A stretch of DNA of 32,000 bases from Rhizomicrobium sp. (GTDB lineage: Bacteria; Pseudomonadota; Alphaproteobacteria; Micropepsales; Micropepsaceae), in the NCBI GenBank assembly GCA_036266955.1, contig DATAWY010000026.1:8128-40127 (forward strand). The letters run 5' to 3'. Shown piece after piece: positions 16,668 through 25,400 of this stretch. Numbering within the stretch: the first letter of the stretch is position 1; each line of letters starts with the position of its first letter. Both the position numbers and the translations under genes were made by a program. The notes beneath the pieces were generated by a model. That model searched no databases and had not been told where the DNA came from. It saw only the letters and a program-made list of their open reading frames with translations.

Positions 16668-17720
16668 CTACTCGAGCGGTACACTGGCTAAACCCAGCGG
16701 GCGGTTTCCGATGCAATGATTCATGGATTCAAGCTGATGGCGCGCCATCGCTCTCAACATTGAGACCATTTCACCTTCATGCGGTTCGAGTGTCTTAAGA
16801 AGTTTGATGAATTTGAGGGCATTGGAACGCAGAATGTAGTCGAATACCTCGTCGGGATTCGTCACACCTGCTTCGCCCAGTAGCGTGCCGAATATTCCGC
16901 GCGCCAGGCGGGGAACCTGCCGGTGGCCGAGCAACAGGTACGACAGCGTCAGCGTGTTCCCGTCGATTCCAGTTTTGGGGACCCGGTGCTTTCCACGCTT
17001 GACACTCTTTTCGGTATTTCGACCTATCACGATTTCCTTGTCTTCGAGCTGCACCCTGCCTGAGAGGCTGAAGGCGGCCGGTCGCGGCTCCAGAACTCCG
17101 AAACGGCAAAAAACCGAATAAGCGTCCTCGGCGCCGTAGCGGAGCGCGATGTCCTGGCGAACGTATCCCTGGACCTGGAGGTGCATTCCCCGCTCGTATT
17201 GCAGACCGTCCGCGCTGTGGTTGGCCAGTTCGAGCAATGGCGCGATGACTGCTCCGCCGCGCCAGGGGACTTCGCGGGTTTGGAGGAAATGCGTCCAGAT
17301 CCTCGTGGCGAAATCTCCCTGCAGCAGATGACCAAGCCTGAATTCCGCAATCAGCAACTCGCGCGTTTCTGGCGGAAGTCCCTCCAATGCAGCGATAAAC
17401 GAGGTGGCTTTCGCCTGTCCACCCGCCCCCCACGAAAATGCGGTTTGGTACCGTTCAAAAAATCGCCGTTCCGTGTCAGGGACATCGGCGGACTCGCGAA
17501 TACCGATCGACCCCGCGGTGAATTCGATATCGTCGACCCGGAACAGAAGATTGCGCGACACCCGCAGAAGCACCGGTTCACGCGGGTCGACGACGGAAAG
17601 GCCGCAGCCGAATTCTCCGTTCCCCAATGCGACGTTCTGCGCCGCCCCGCCAAGCGCGCAAAACGCCTCGAGCATCTCGTTCCAGGTCCACTCCCGCTGT
17701 GGGGGCGAGTCGTGCTCCAT
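16668..17720 (-). CDS. LSMT-like SET-domain protein (putative protein lysine methyltransferase), paralogue 1
   Basis: G.GL...D......LL.V...LL in the N-terminal part, VIAPLLELANHSADG, and ...DIALRYGAEDAYSVFCRFGVLEP resemble plant RuBisCO-LSMT-type SET domains (LVPLADLINHS ... YG..SNAELALDYGF). The start M at 17720 overlaps the upstream stop as ATGA. The fold assignment is from memory and was not searched. Confidence 0.6.
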   Translation of the reverse strand: MEHDSPPQREWTWNEMLEAFCALGGAAQNVALGNGEFGCGLSVVDPREPVLLRVSRNLLFRVDDIEFTAGSIGIRESADVPDTERRFFERYQTAFSWGAGGQAKATSFIAALEGLPPETRELLIAEFRLGHLLQGDFATRIWTHFLQTREVPWRGGAVIAPLLELANHSADGLQYERGMHLQVQGYVRQDIALRYGAEDAYSVFCRFGVLEPRPAAFSLSGRVQLEDKEIVIGRNTEKSVKRGKHRVPKTGIDGNTLTLSYLLLGHRQVPRLARGIFGTLLGEAGVTNPDEVFDYILRSNALKFIKLLKTLEPHEGEMVSMLRAMARHQLESMNHCIGNRPLGLASVPLE

Positions 17721-18775
17721 CAGAACTCCCGCGTTCCGACGCATTGGGCCAGCGCTTCGAGGTGGAGATGGGCCATCGCTCTCAGCCTCACAACCATCTC
17801 GCCGCGCAGCAGTTCAAGTGCCTCGAGCAGCTGGAGAAATTTTGCCCTGTTAAAATGCAGCACCTGATCGAATGCGTCCATGGCACCTGCCGCGCCCGCT
17901 TCCCGCATCAAGCCATAGAAAATTCCGCGCGACGCGCGCGGGGAATTCGCATTGCCGACCATCAGATGCGACACGAAAACTTCGCCAGCTTCGGATGTCA
18001 TGACCGGCAACACGAAACCGGCACGGTTCGTATTGTGCATTATATTTCGGGTGATCGTAAGGTTGAAGGCTCCGACCTTTATCTTCATCGGCAGGCTGAA
18101 CGCATGGGGCCGCGCGGTGGCAAAACCGTATTTGTTGAAAACGCCGAGGCAATCGTGAAATCCATAACTCAGGTGGAGTTCGCCCTGCGCTTCGCCTGCT
18201 ATCTGCACGCCCCCTTGCGGACCGGTATCCACACGCATGCCGTTGCTGCCGCCGCCCATGAGGTCAAGCAATGGCACGAGAAGGCTTTCGTCATCCCATC
18301 GCACCGATCTGCTTCTGAGAAAGTGCTTGCGGATTCTTTCCCTGCGGTCACCCTCCATGAAAAGGCTCATGCCGAATTCTGCGACCAGCAGGGCGCGCAA
18401 ATCGGGGGCGAGAGAGTCGAACAAGTCGATGAGCTCGGCACTCTGAGCGTGGCCTGCGTCGCCCCAGGAAAAAGAGCTCTGGTATCGTTCAAAAAAGCTC
18501 CGCTCGCGCGATCCCGTTTCGGCATGCTCGCCAATGCGGATGCGGTCGCCCTCGAACCCGATATCCCGGAGCCGGAACAAAAGATTATCCGGCACATGCA
18601 CCAGCAATGGCTTCGCCGGATCCTTCGGAAACAATCCTTGCCCGGACAATGACGGTAGCAACACGACGTTTTCCGCAATACCGCCCAAATTGCGGAATTC
18701 GTCCAATACGCCCTCCCATGCCCCCAAACGTGGCGACAATGCCGTATTCGACGTGTCGTCGGCGCTACTGGCCAC
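17720..18775 (-). CDS. LSMT-like SET-domain protein, paralogue 2 (NH motif absent)
   Basis: It is collinear with paralogue 1 along its length, for example FFERYQSSFSWG versus FFERYQTAFSWG and LLVAEF versus LLIAEF. It has LLVPLLDLMGGGSNG where paralogue 1 has ...ELANHSADG, and retains ...HLSYGFHDCLGVFNKYGF. Confidence 0.6.
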   Translation of the reverse strand: MASSADDTSNTALSPRLGAWEGVLDEFRNLGGIAENVVLLPSLSGQGLFPKDPAKPLLVHVPDNLLFRLRDIGFEGDRIRIGEHAETGSRERSFFERYQSSFSWGDAGHAQSAELIDLFDSLAPDLRALLVAEFGMSLFMEGDRRERIRKHFLRSRSVRWDDESLLVPLLDLMGGGSNGMRVDTGPQGGVQIAGEAQGELHLSYGFHDCLGVFNKYGFATARPHAFSLPMKIKVGAFNLTITRNIMHNTNRAGFVLPVMTSEAGEVFVSHLMVGNANSPRASRGIFYGLMREAGAAGAMDAFDQVLHFNRAKFLQLLEALELLRGEMVVRLRAMAHLHLEALAQCVGTREF

Positions 18776-18916
18776 GGATTAGCCGTCTGTAAATGGCTGC
18801 GGAAACTGTATGCGTGACGTGAATCGCCAGCGCAACAGCTTCCGCATTGCGCCGGGTGCTTTTCGCGAAAGACCTCCTATGCCATAGAAGTGCTTACAAC
18901 CGCGGAACCAGAGGGG

Positions 18917-19573
18917 ATGATGCGCTCGATACGCAAAGCTGTCTTGGTGGCGATTTGCGCGGTGGGGATAGCCGCAGCGGCGGCCCGCCCCGGAGGGGGG
19001 CTGGCCGCAGCCGCCCCTGCCGGCGATGCGGTTTACGTACTGAAAGGCTACAGGTTCAGCGGTAAGCTTGGGCCTGCGAACACGACCGGGATGGTGGCAA
19101 AGCTCAAGCACCAACCCGGCGGCCGGGTCACCAAAGCCGACATCATCGCCGACGCAGCCATATTCGCCGGGGAACTCAAGGCCCGGCATATGGGGGGGCG
19201 CTACTTCGTCTTCACCACCGAAAATCACGGGCAGATCTGGGTCACGTTCGGACTTTTGGATATGCGTTACCCGGCGGCGACGGCGTGGGCGTCACGCCGC
19301 CTCGAATCCCAGCATTTTGAGGGCCTGTCCAACATTCCCACGAGCGCTCTGTCTGCCGCCACACGCCTGAAGCCCGGCGATACGCTATCGCCCGAAAATA
19401 TCGATGCGGCGCGAAGGGCGATAATGGCCCTGTTCGCGAATTCCCCGAATGGAACCGCATTAACGGTAAAGATCAAAATACAGGTCAGGCCGAATAACGA
19501 AGCCGCGCTCACCTGGATCATCGCCGACAAACGGAAACCAGCGATGGGGACCGGGAGCGGCAAAGCCGATTAG
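18917..19573 (+). CDS. Secreted protein with two POTRA-like repeats, no barrel
   Basis: The N-terminus MMRSIRKAVLVAICAVGIAAAAA is signal-like. VYVLKGYRFSGK... and HFEGLSNIPTSALSAATRLKPGDTLSPENIDAARRAIMALF...LTVKIKIQVRPNNEAALTWIIAD look like POTRA units. The ORF track starts at a GTG at 18890. Confidence 0.55.
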   Translation: MMRSIRKAVLVAICAVGIAAAAARPGGGLAAAAPAGDAVYVLKGYRFSGKLGPANTTGMVAKLKHQPGGRVTKADIIADAAIFAGELKARHMGGRYFVFTTENHGQIWVTFGLLDMRYPAATAWASRRLESQHFEGLSNIPTSALSAATRLKPGDTLSPENIDAARRAIMALFANSPNGTALTVKIKIQVRPNNEAALTWIIADKRKPAMGTGSGKAD

Positions 19574-19728
19574 GTTAGCCGCCACAAGCAGCTTTGGGGG
19601 CTTGCGCCAATCCCATTTTTTCGATTAGCTTTCCGTTGAGGTGGCGCTTCCGGGGCATGGAGCGGGATCCGTCGGCTTACGTTTGGGAGCCGAAATTATC
19701 AATGCCTCGTTTCCCCAGGGGAAGACTA

Positions 19729-20274
19729 ATGGACAACCTGACCAAGACTTTGCTTACGGGTGCAGCGATCTCCGCAATTGCGGCTGTTCCCGCCATGGCC
19801 GGCGCTCCGAAAATTCAACCGACAGCGGCTCCGATCAAATATCACGGCATACAGTACCAGAAGACAGCTGCTGGACACATGACCCCGAAAGGCACGACCT
19901 ATACCTACAATGAAGGCACGTATGTCTACAGCTATAGCTATACGTTCTGGTACAAAAATACGTACAATCTGGCGGCTTGGACGTGGACCAGCCGCACCGG
20001 CACCACCAGCAGCTCGAAGTGCAAGACCGTCCCGGGTCAGAAAGTAAAATTCACGACAGATGCGGACGCAAAGGTCAAGAAATACACTACCGTGATTTCG
20101 AATGCCAGCAACGCGGGCTTCTGCAAGGGCGGCACGCTCAGCTACTATGGACCGGCGTACGAGTACAAGAAGAAGGGTGCGGACGACGACAACACCTTCA
20201 CAATGACGGACACGATCAAGTCCAACAAGAACAAGTACGAGCTCATCGTGGGCTACGACATCAACGTTACCTGA
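19729..20274 (+). CDS. Secreted Tyr/Thr-rich small protein, unknown function
   Basis: The ATG at 19729 follows GGGGAAG. The signal peptide is MDNLTKTLLTGAAISAIAAVPAMA-GA. The mature part is rich in Y, T and K (TYTYNEGTYVYSYSYTFWYKNTY...YYGPAYEYKKKGADDD) and has 2 Cys. The gene is AT-richer than its neighbours and is followed by a clean terminator. Confidence 0.7.
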   Translation: MDNLTKTLLTGAAISAIAAVPAMAGAPKIQPTAAPIKYHGIQYQKTAAGHMTPKGTTYTYNEGTYVYSYSYTFWYKNTYNLAAWTWTSRTGTTSSSKCKTVPGQKVKFTTDADAKVKKYTTVISNASNAGFCKGGTLSYYGPAYEYKKKGADDDNTFTMTDTIKSNKNKYELIVGYDINVT

Positions 20275-20322
20275 TCAAACAATGCGTTTTTAAAATCGGC
20301 GGCCATAGCCGCAGATTGCCCA

Positions 20323-20358
20323 GGGCCAGCGACGGGATCCGTCGCTGGCCCTTTTCTT
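20323..20358 (+). terminator. Rho-independent terminator
   Basis: GGGCCAGCGACGG-GAT-CCGTCGCTGGCCC forms a perfect 13-bp stem and is followed by TTTTCTT. Confidence 0.85.
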
Positions 20359-20443
20359 AGCGATGCTCGTACTTTCGTTTTGCGTGAAGGGCCTCAACGC
20401 GCTATCTGCATAACCATCTGCAAACTGCCAGGAGGACGGCGAG

Positions 20444-22456
20444 ATGCGACCACCTAGGGCGAAGTCCGTGCCGACAGCGCTTTTCGCGAACCAGGGTTTG
20501 CGGCGACCGCAGAGTGGCTTGCCGGAATGTCCTCAACCCCTTCCGACAACCGTGCCGCCGGTTGTTCCTGCGTCTCGCGCATCCGGGCATGGATCGCCAC
20601 CGGTCGCGTCGAAGGCCCCGGCGTCGCCGACCCATCTTTATGAAGTCGGCCTGACGGCTGCAGCGATGTCCTATCACACCCTTGCTATCGACTCCCTGCG
20701 CGAATGCACCGCCCTGGCGCCAAATCACGGACCCGCCTTGCGCAAGCTCGCCCAGCTGCTGCACCTCGCAGGGGAAGATGCGCAGGCGGACGAGGCCGAA
20801 GCAGCGGCGCAGCGTGCCGCAGGTGTCGAGTGGGTGAACGGCTCAGACGTACGCGCATCGGCAGACCTGGAAAAAGCCGAGCGAAAACGGATCGAGTCTC
20901 TCAAAAGAAAGCCGGAGGCGGAGGCTACCAACACTCTTCGCGAACATCTCATCGCGCACCCCCTGGACGCAGTGGCGATACGATGGCTGGCGCGCCTCGA
21001 GATTCGGGGCAACGATCGGGTTACAGCCCGCACCTTGTTCGAACGTGCTCTCGATCTCTGCCCGGGGTACATCGGCGCGCGCGAGGACCTGGCTCAATTG
21101 CTGATCGAAGAGCGACAGTATGCAGCCCTTGCCGAAACCACCCGGCTGCTGTCAGAGCAACCGGGCAGTTCCCGCTATCTGCTGCTCCACGCGCATGCCT
21201 TGATCGACAGCGGCAAGCCGGCCGCTGCAATCGATGTCCTCGTCCGCGCGCTCCGGGAGGATCCAAACGATGCAAGATCCTGGCGCATTTACGCAGCCGC
21301 GCTGCTTACCGCGGGCCGCGGCGAGGAGAGCGTGCAGGCCTATCGGAAGTGCCTCGATCTCGATCCGGCGGCGGGCGAGGCCTGGTGGGGATTGTCCGAA
21401 ATGAAGGACAAGGTCCTCACCGAAGACGATGTTGAAGAGATGCGGGCACATCTCGACGACGACACAGTCGAGCCGGAGCGCCGCATGCATATGTTATACG
21501 CGCTGGGCCAAACCCTGGAACGAGCAGGAGAGTTTGCCAAAAGTTTTGAGGCCTATGAAAAGGCCGCCCGCGAATTTTGGGTCGGCCGCGAGAAAAAGCC
21601 GAGGGAAGAGGAGACGTTCGACTCTCACGACACCGTGCAGCGGACAAAAACGGCATTCAGCAGCAACAATTTCGCAACACGGCTGGTGCAGGCACCTGCG
21701 GGGAATGATCAGGACACACCGATTTTCGTGGTCGGCATGCCGCGTGCGGGCTCCACGCTTGTCGAACAAATCCTTACCAGCCACAGCCGCATCGAAGCGA
21801 TCGGCGAACGGCCGCTGGTCGGCGAAATCCAGCGCGAATTGGCATTCAGCCGGCTGCTCGTGGAGCGGGAGGCCTATCCCGATTGCGTCCTGGAGCTCAC
21901 CGCGGAGCGGTTCGCCGAACTCGGCGCCCGGGTTATGGCGCGCTCGCGCGACTATCGTACCACCGCCCGGCCCTATTTCGTGGACAAGCGCCCGTGGAAC
22001 TGGCTGGCTGTGGGATTGATCCATCTTATGCTGCCCCAGGCGAAAATCATCGATATACGACGCGAACCCATGGCGGCCTGCTTTGCGATGTACAAGCAGC
22101 TGTTGCCGCGCTACTGCACGTTTTCCTACGATCTCAAAGAAGTGGGCCGCTATTACAACAGGTACGTGAAGCTGATGGAACACTGGGAAACGGTTCTTCC
22201 CGGCCGTGTACATTTCATTCAATATGAAAATCTTGTACAGGACACGGAATTCGAAATTCGCCGCATGCTCGCCCATTGCGGGTTGCCGTTCGAAGAAGGC
22301 TGCCTGCGTTTTTGGGAAACCGAGCGATCCATTGTCACGCCGAGCGCCGAGCAGGTACGCCGTCCCATCTACCGTGGCGCTCTGGAGCAATGGCGCAATT
22401 TCGAGCCATGGCTCGATCCCCTGAAGGAAGCGCTCGGCGAACCCGTCGAGCTGTGA
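20444..22456 (+). CDS. TPR-repeat sulfotransferase-family protein (module 1)
   Basis: GGAGGA lies 7 nt upstream of the ATG. The N-terminal half has TPR-like helices. The C-terminal half has the PAPS 5'-phosphosulfate-binding loop PIFVVGMPRAGSTLVEQIL and then ...IDIRREPMAACFAMYKQ...TPSAEQVRRPIY. Confidence 0.85.
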   Translation: MRPPRAKSVPTALFANQGLRRPQSGLPECPQPLPTTVPPVVPASRASGHGSPPVASKAPASPTHLYEVGLTAAAMSYHTLAIDSLRECTALAPNHGPALRKLAQLLHLAGEDAQADEAEAAAQRAAGVEWVNGSDVRASADLEKAERKRIESLKRKPEAEATNTLREHLIAHPLDAVAIRWLARLEIRGNDRVTARTLFERALDLCPGYIGAREDLAQLLIEERQYAALAETTRLLSEQPGSSRYLLLHAHALIDSGKPAAAIDVLVRALREDPNDARSWRIYAAALLTAGRGEESVQAYRKCLDLDPAAGEAWWGLSEMKDKVLTEDDVEEMRAHLDDDTVEPERRMHMLYALGQTLERAGEFAKSFEAYEKAAREFWVGREKKPREEETFDSHDTVQRTKTAFSSNNFATRLVQAPAGNDQDTPIFVVGMPRAGSTLVEQILTSHSRIEAIGERPLVGEIQRELAFSRLLVEREAYPDCVLELTAERFAELGARVMARSRDYRTTARPYFVDKRPWNWLAVGLIHLMLPQAKIIDIRREPMAACFAMYKQLLPRYCTFSYDLKEVGRYYNRYVKLMEHWETVLPGRVHFIQYENLVQDTEFEIRRMLAHCGLPFEEGCLRFWETERSIVTPSAEQVRRPIYRGALEQWRNFEPWLDPLKEALGEPVEL

Positions 22457-22463
22457 CTGCGCG

Positions 22464-25400
22464 ATGACAGGAGTTTCCGAACTAACCCATCCGTCGGTGC
22501 CCGACAGCACGACGCCGTTGAGTGCGTCGCCCATCCTGGATTACACGCGCGCCCTTAACCTGGCAGCAACGGAGCATTACGAATCCGCCATCAAGGTGCT
22601 GCGCGATGTCACCGCACGCGCGCCCGGCCACGGGCCCGCCTGGCAAAAGCTCTCGGAGTTGCTGTATCTCGCGGGCAAAGACGAAGAATCGAGCTCCGCA
22701 AACGCCCGCGCGGCCGGCCTTACCGCCGAATTTGATCCCCTCACAGACGATCGTGATTCGGCAAAAATCGAGGCTGATGAACAGGTACTGCGCGAACACC
22801 TCTCCGCCTTGGCTACGGCGGGGGAGCAGCAGAACAAGCTGCGCAGTCACTTGCGCGAGCATCCGGCCGACGCGGTGGCCCTGCGCGCCCTCGGGCGCCT
22901 CGAACGGGACCGCGGCCATGTTCCAACGGCGCGCAACCTGTTCGAGCGCGCGCTGGAGCTGGCCACTTATTACGTGGGCGCACGGGAAGACCTCGTGCTT
23001 GTACTGCGTGTGCTGCAGGACGACGCGCACGCGCTCGCCGAGACGCGGCTGCTGATTGCCCAGTCGCCTGAGAGCGTCAACTATCGTGCGTTACTCGCTG
23101 CCGGACTTTTCGAAGTCGGGGATATGGAAGCCGCCATTCCCGTCCTCGAACAACTGATCCGGGAGGATTCCTCCCGCGTGCGTATCCGCGGCCTGTATGC
23201 GCAAACCTTGTATTATGCCGGCCGGCGGCACGACAGTGCTCGGGAATGCCGCGCGCTGCTCGAGATGCGCCCGGGAATGGGCGCGGCCTACTCTCGCCTT
23301 GCGGAAATGCGCGACGACTTTCTCGGACCGGCTGATGTTACTGCCATGCGCGAACATCTGCGCGAGCCCGGGGAGGACAAACCGAACTCCGCACTCATCC
23401 AGTTTGCGCTCGGCCTGGTGCTGGAGCAGACGGGAGATTTTTCCGGGAGCTTCGCCGCCTATGAGGCCGGTACGGCGCTGGCGCGGGAGATCGCGGCAGA
23501 CAAGAGCGGCCCCTACGATGTCGCGACGGACGTCGACAAGATGCGCAGGCGTTGCGCGGTGTTTACCCGGAAAACTTTGAGCAAATGCGCCGTGCCGCAG
23601 CCCGCCGCGGCCGCCATAACTCCCATTTTCATCGTCGGAATGCCGCGTGCCGGGTCAACACTCGTGGAACAGATCCTCGGCAGCCACAGCCTCGTCGAGG
23701 CTACCCTGGAATTGCCCGTGCTGAACAAAATCGCCGGCGATCTCTCGCGCAGCCGTGCCCTGGTCACGCCTGACGCCTATCCCGAATGTATGACAAGCCT
23801 GAGCGAGGAGCGGCTGGCAGAACTTGGCGCGCGTTTCATCCGGGACGCTGCTGCCTATCGCAAGACTGACCGCCCATATTTTGTGGACAAATGTCCGTGG
23901 AATTGGTTCGAGGCGGGCTTGATACGGATGATACTGCCGCAGGCAAGAATTGTCGATATCCGTCGCGAACCGATGGCTGCCTGTTTTGGCATGTACAAGC
24001 AGAACCTGGCCGATGCCGGCGCGTTTTCCAACGATTTCAACGATCTCGCTACATATTACACGGAATATGTGCGTACAATGGACCACTACGACACGGCAAT
24101 GCCGGGTCATATCTATTGCCTCTCATACGAGCGGCTGGTGGAGGACACGGAAAACCAGATCCGCCGGCTTCTCGATTATTGCGGCCTTCCGTTCGAAGAA
24201 AATTGTCTGCGCTTCTGGGAAACCCAAAGGCCTGTCTCGACGCCGAGCGCCGAGCAGGTGCGCCGTCCCATTTTTCGTGACGCCGTTCAGCAATGGCGCA
24301 GGTTCGAGCCCTGGCTCGGGCCACTGAAGGAAGCCCTGAGGAAGGCAGAGACAGCCGCAGCTGCGGCGCCCCAGCCGGCTGGGTACGATTTCGCCCTGAC
24401 GTTTGCGGCGATGAGCGTTTGCGATCCGGCAATGAAGAAACTGCGGGCCGTGACAAGGCGGGAACCCACGCATGCGGGCGCCTGGAGCAAGCTTGCGGAA
24501 TTGCTGCGGCTCTCCGGAAAGGACAAGGCCGCGGACGATGCTGCCGCGGCCGCAGCGCGCCATGCCGGCGAGGCGTCAAATTGGCAGAAAACCCGGGATC
24601 TGCGCACGGCGCCGCAACTCGAGGCCGCCAAGGAGGCATTCGAGACGGAACTGAAGGGCAAGGAGCGCGGCAAACAGATGAACTGGCTCCGCAATCATCT
24701 GGCGGAAAATCCTACCGACACGGCTGCCATTTTCCTGCTTTCCGATCTTGAGTTCGAGGACCGTGACGAGTTGACATCGCTCGCACTTCTGGAGCGCGCG
24801 CTGGAACTCGCGCCTGCATATCATGCCGCCCGATACCAGTTCGCGCGGCGGCTCGCGGACGGGCAGTTTGTTCGCGCGCTGGAACACACCTCGTTCCTGG
24901 TGCGTCGGGTGCCCCAAAACCCGATCTACCGCGAGCTTCATGCCGAACAGTTGAGACAAATTGGCCGTTTCTCGGAGGCCATAGCGCTGACCGATGAGCT
25001 CTTGCGGGAATTCCCGCGCCACCCGCGGTTCCGGTTCCGGTACGGGCTGCTGCTGCGTTCGCTCGGCCGGCGTGACGAGAGTGCCCGCGCCTTCCGCGCC
25101 TGTCTTCAGATCGCCCCGGCTATGGGCGAGGCTTATGCCGGCCTCGCCGATCTAAAGGACAATTTACTCACCGACGATGATGTGACGGCCATTCGCGGCC
25201 ACATGGCGGATCCGAGCCTTCCCCCTCACGACCGCATGAACATGTATTACGCGCTCGGCTCTGCGCTGGAACGGAGGGGCGATTTTTCGGCAAGCTTCAA
25301 GGCCTATCAGGCCGCCGCCCGACTGTTTCGCGGCGCGTTTCTGGGAATGGGCGAAGCCCACAACGAAGAGGAGACGGTTGGGCGCATTCGCGGGCTCAAG

